This document shows, one piece after another, positions 59,101-64,000 of a stretch of 64,000 nt of DNA. The stretch is from the human T2T-CHM13v2.0 reference genome, Homo sapiens. The DNA lies in assembly GCF_009914755.1 (NCBI RefSeq), contig NC_060938.1; one strand, 5' to 3'. Made by a program: the position numbers and the translations under genes. The notes below the pieces were generated by a model. The model did no database searches. It had not been told where the DNA came from and saw nothing but the letters and a program-made list of their open reading frames with translations. The first letter of the stretch is position 1. The number at the start of each line of letters is the position of its first letter.

Positions 59101-61329
59101 ATATTCACAATACACTTGCATTTTATTAAGTAGGTTAAAATTATATATAAAAGAGAAATTGGGGACCAGTCCTTTTGAAATTAAGTTAATGAACAGGGAT
59201 GTTAAAGTGTAGTAAAACCAATCTGGTATTATTTTATGTTGACAGTTATATTTTTTCTCCCCTCAGTGAACCACAAAGAAAGAAGATGGGTATGATTTGT
59301 ACAGGGGTGAAATAGGTTGTCTGTCAGTTGGGGTTAGGCGACAGTCTGTCTGCAAGCCGTAAGATGATCTGCAGAGCGCCAGAGGAAAGCAGGCAGGATT
59401 CCTGGCTTGTAAGAATAGATATTGATCTACCTTAGCCACCTAAACAATGCCTCACCTGTTTGCCTTGTCCATACCTTATTTTACGCAGTCTAATGCTTGT
59501 TTTGTTTGACTTTTCTTTTATTTCTCTGGATCTGAGCTTTGATACACTTTGGGGAGTACATAAACATAGTGTTGTACTTGAACATCACCATACTTCTGAG
59601 TCCTCTGGTAGTTTAAGACCACCCCTCCCTCTTGAATAGCTCTGTTATTGAAAATTATGAACCAGAGCTAAATTACTAGTCTGCATACAGAAGTGGCTGA
59701 TCCAGCAGTCTAGTGTCCAATAACACTGACTGTGAGATGCTGCTAATTACTGCCCTATAGACCTCGTTTAAAATTTCTTAAATTTCAACTAGTAAAGGAC
59801 TTTATTATTATTAGTTCTTTCTTTCCCCAGCTGATAGTTGAAAGATAAGTTACTATACCATTTAGAATTCTATCCACTTATTTTGGAGCAAAAAAAAAAA
59901 TGTTACTATGTACTGCCTCAAGCACTAATGAAATACAAAACTACACTCAGCTTCCCAGTAAACTATAATATAAATATTTTACCAGCACTTATTATTAGTT
60001 TGCCATTTCCTGCTGACAGCTATTCCAACTTTGCCAGCAGGCACTGGGTCTCACAATTGTATTATGTTTTGAACAAATAGCGACAAACAAAAATTCTCAC
60101 AAAATAAATGAACAAGATTTCCTGGGGAAAAAACCTATTCCAATGTTAAATGAATATTTCTTTTAAACTCTGACATGTAATATTATTTAATTTTCATATT
60201 GTGCACTTCACTTTTACTGGAAAACAATTAAGTTAATGAGGAACTAAATAATGTGCACCCGGAGAAAATTTAATATTACTGGTTGTCTGATTTTAAGTTT
60301 GTTTTTTAACTTTCTGCTATTCTAGAGCAGCCACATCATAATACTTTTATTGATAATGGAGGACTCTGATTTTCAAATGAATCCATTTAAAGACCTGCGG
60401 AGAATAAAAGCAACTATTTTAGAACCACAAAATGAAAAGTTTCACATCAAACTGTGTTTTTTTCCCCCTATGCTGTTTCCCCATGCTATCAAGGAATACC
60501 ATAAAACACAGCAACTGATGAAATCCAAAGATGCTTAAAATGTGTCTTGGTTTTAAACTGGTGTGACCTTCTAAAGACCTTATGTCAACAATAATCACTT
60601 CCCTGAAAACACCGCCTACCTCTTTGCTCTACTCTTGCTTCATTATGATCAACTGGATAAAATATAACTTTTGTTAAATCAAACCCTCAACCTACTCTGC
60701 ATTTGCCCACTTGCAACTGAATGCAATTGGAGAAAAAATACAAAACAATGCTGACCTCACCTTAAGTTTAGAATCACTCATCTCAAGTGGCTCCTTTATG
60801 CTGTCTAGCAATCACACTATATTTTTCTAGCTCCTTCCTAAAACTTAGATGATTATTTTATACCTTCTCCCATCAAATCTCCTACACCTCTTTCCCCATC
60901 CTTATCCTAAGTGGTTGACCATGATTTCCACTTTACTAAGAAATTTGAAGTAAACAGGAGAGACTTCGCATGAGCTTCTGTATCGACATCTATTGACCTA
61001 AGTATACTTGTGCTAATTTACTTGAACTTTCATTTCCATACTCCTAACAAAGTGTAGCCTTCAATTTTTGTGCTGGATTCAGTTCCCTTCCCGCCTACCT
61101 TAAGATGTAAATCCAGCAACTCTCTTTCTTGCACCACACATATTTTTCTTTCTTACGCTACATATACTGCCCTTACTACTGGATGATTCACATAGCACGT
61201 AAACATGTTTCTGTCACTTCCATTTCTAAAGGCCTCCCTTTTGACTCCACTTCCCTTTCCAGCTTATTCCCTTTACAATCTTTCCTCTTCTCTAATTTCA
61301 TTTACAACAAAATTTATTGAAAAAAGATG

Positions 61330-61683
61330 TGTATTAGTCTGTTCTCACACTGCTAATAAAGACATACCCAAGACTGGGTAATTTAGAAAGGAAAGAGGTT
61401 TAATTGACTCAGTTCCACACAGCTGGGGTGGCCTCACAATCATGGTGGAAGGTGAATGAGGAGCAAAGTCACATCTTACATGGTGGCAGGCAAGAAAGCT
61501 TGTGCAGGGGAACTCCCATTTATAAAACCATCCAATCTCGTGAGACTTATTCACTACCACGAGAACAGTATGTGGGAAACTGCCCCCATAATTCAATTAT
61601 CTCCACCTGGACCCACCCTTGACACATGGGGATTATTACAATTTAAGGTGAGATTTGAATGGGGACACAGCCAAACCATATCA
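61330..61683 (-). mobile_element. THE1-family (MaLR) solo LTR, 354 bp
   Basis: TGTATTAGTC...CAGCCAAACCATATCA termini, perfect 5-bp TSD AGATG. Confidence 0.93.
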
Positions 61684-62344
61684 AGATGCTTCTGCATAAA
61701 GTTTCCAGTTTCTCTCCTTCTATTCTTTCTTGAATCTATTCCAAAGGAATTTTCAGCACCAAAATTCGACTAAAATTGCTTTTATCCAGGTTACCCATGA
61801 ACTCCATGTTGCTAAATTCTCAGTCCTCATCTTACTTGAACCCTTGTTAACATTTGACAAAATGGATTACTGTCTACTTGAAACACTTTCTTTGCTTGGC
61901 TTCCAAAACAATAAATTTACACCGTTGTTATGTTTTTCCTATCTCTCTGGATGCTCCCTCTTAGATTTTTTAATTTCCTCCCAATCTCCTTGGCTTCTAA
62001 ATGTCATAGAGTCTCTAGGCTCAGAACTCACATCAATTCTTTTTTCTATGCTTAATAATTATTTTGCTGAATTTCATTCTTCTCAAGACTTTGTCATTGA
62101 TACACTGATATAATATGTAAGTATATTTAATATGATAATATATAAAATATTCATACTCTATGTAAAATATAGAAGTATAAAATATATAAATCTATACACA
62201 TATATAAATAAATATATAAATGTGTCATATTTCTTTTCTAAATTCCACTATTTATAGCTGCCAATAAAATACCTCTGCTTGGGTAGCAAATACACATCTT
62301 AAGTTCAACATGTGTAGAATTAACTTACTGTTATTCTCCCATAA

Positions 62345-62715
<371 letters not shown>

Positions 62716-63483
62716 TAGACTAGTCTTTGGCTGCTAACTTTCACTTAAACACCCACTTTATCATTAGCTTTTGTTGGTGGCTGTTTTCAAAATGTATCCC
62801 AAATTCATCTACTTTTTACGTCTACTGTTATTGCCACAACCCAAGTCCACATCATCATATCTTGCCTGGATTTTTACAATAGGCTACTTTCTGCTCTTCT
62901 CATTCTTTAGGTTTTATTCAACTGGTAGCAAGTAAATGTTCAAATCTGAAGTGGGTAATGTCATTTTTCTGCTCGACTTCTCACTATTTTTTTTTTCCTC
63001 ATCTCACTCAGGATAAAAGCCAAAATCATTGCAAAGATAGGCAAGTCCCTACTTACCTTTCTGACTTTGTGTTCATTTACTCTGTCTCTTCATTGCTCTG
63101 TCTGGCCACTTTTGCCTCCTTTTCTCAAGGATACGCAAACTGTTCATGCCTCAGGAAACTTGCATTTCCTGTTCTCTCTGCTGGGAACACGTCCCCTTCC
63201 ACAGGCATACTAACATACACACGCTCCTCCTTTCCTTTATGCAGATACAAATGCATCATTCCCTAACCCACTATCAAATATTCAACCACTCCTTCGTGCT
63301 TCTTATGACCTTTCCTGTTTTATTTTTCTTCTTACCATTTAACATATATTTTATTTATTTATCTTGTTCATTTTTGTCTGTCTCACTAGAATGCATGCCC
63401 CATGATGTCAATAATTTTGTTTTTTTAATCTTATTTTGTCAGTGATAAACTTCCTTGTTTGAAATACTTGAAATTATAATTGG

Positions 63484-63888
<405 letters not shown>

Positions 63889-64000
63889 TCAACTTTTCAA
63901 CCTCTGTTCTTGAAGTCTCAGCACAGATACTTTCTTAATAGTCTTCTGACCACTTCCATCAACTGCAGGCTTTGTTAAGTGATATACTTACCCGTACTCC

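Noticed and set aside
61751-61768. TTCAGCACC, REST-like
   Set aside because: Only the left half-site; GGACAG half missing
61345-61773. Overlapping ORFs
   Set aside because: THE1 LTR sequence; no retroviral coding region present

Overview
Human (primate) genomic DNA containing the FOXG1 locus (14q12 by recognition). The only solid protein-coding gene is single-exon FOXG1 (+ strand, CDS 25213-26682, 489 aa) in a large CpG island with a CCAAT/GC-box promoter, a structured 5'UTR and a miRNA-site-rich 3'UTR with two poly(A) signals. Downstream on the same strand lies spliced LINC01551 (C14orf23); I reconstructed its exons from splice sites and several combinations keep one reading frame open. Upstream, minus-strand splice signals fit FOXG1-AS1. 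About 31-35 kb around the gene is Alu-free and CpG-retaining, while the flanks carry 18 Alu-family copies (one very young AluYb8), a THE1 solo LTR, MLT1, MER20, L1, L2 and MIR relics. Best leads: an out-of-frame uORF overlapping the FOXG1 start codons, two cryptic donors that could join FOXG1 to LINC01551 exons, the frame-preserving LINC01551 exon chain, a ~333-codon open alternative frame inside FOXG1, and an AluYb8 creating inverted-Alu pairs around the last LINC01551 exon. Repeat boundaries are approximate; no database searches were run.
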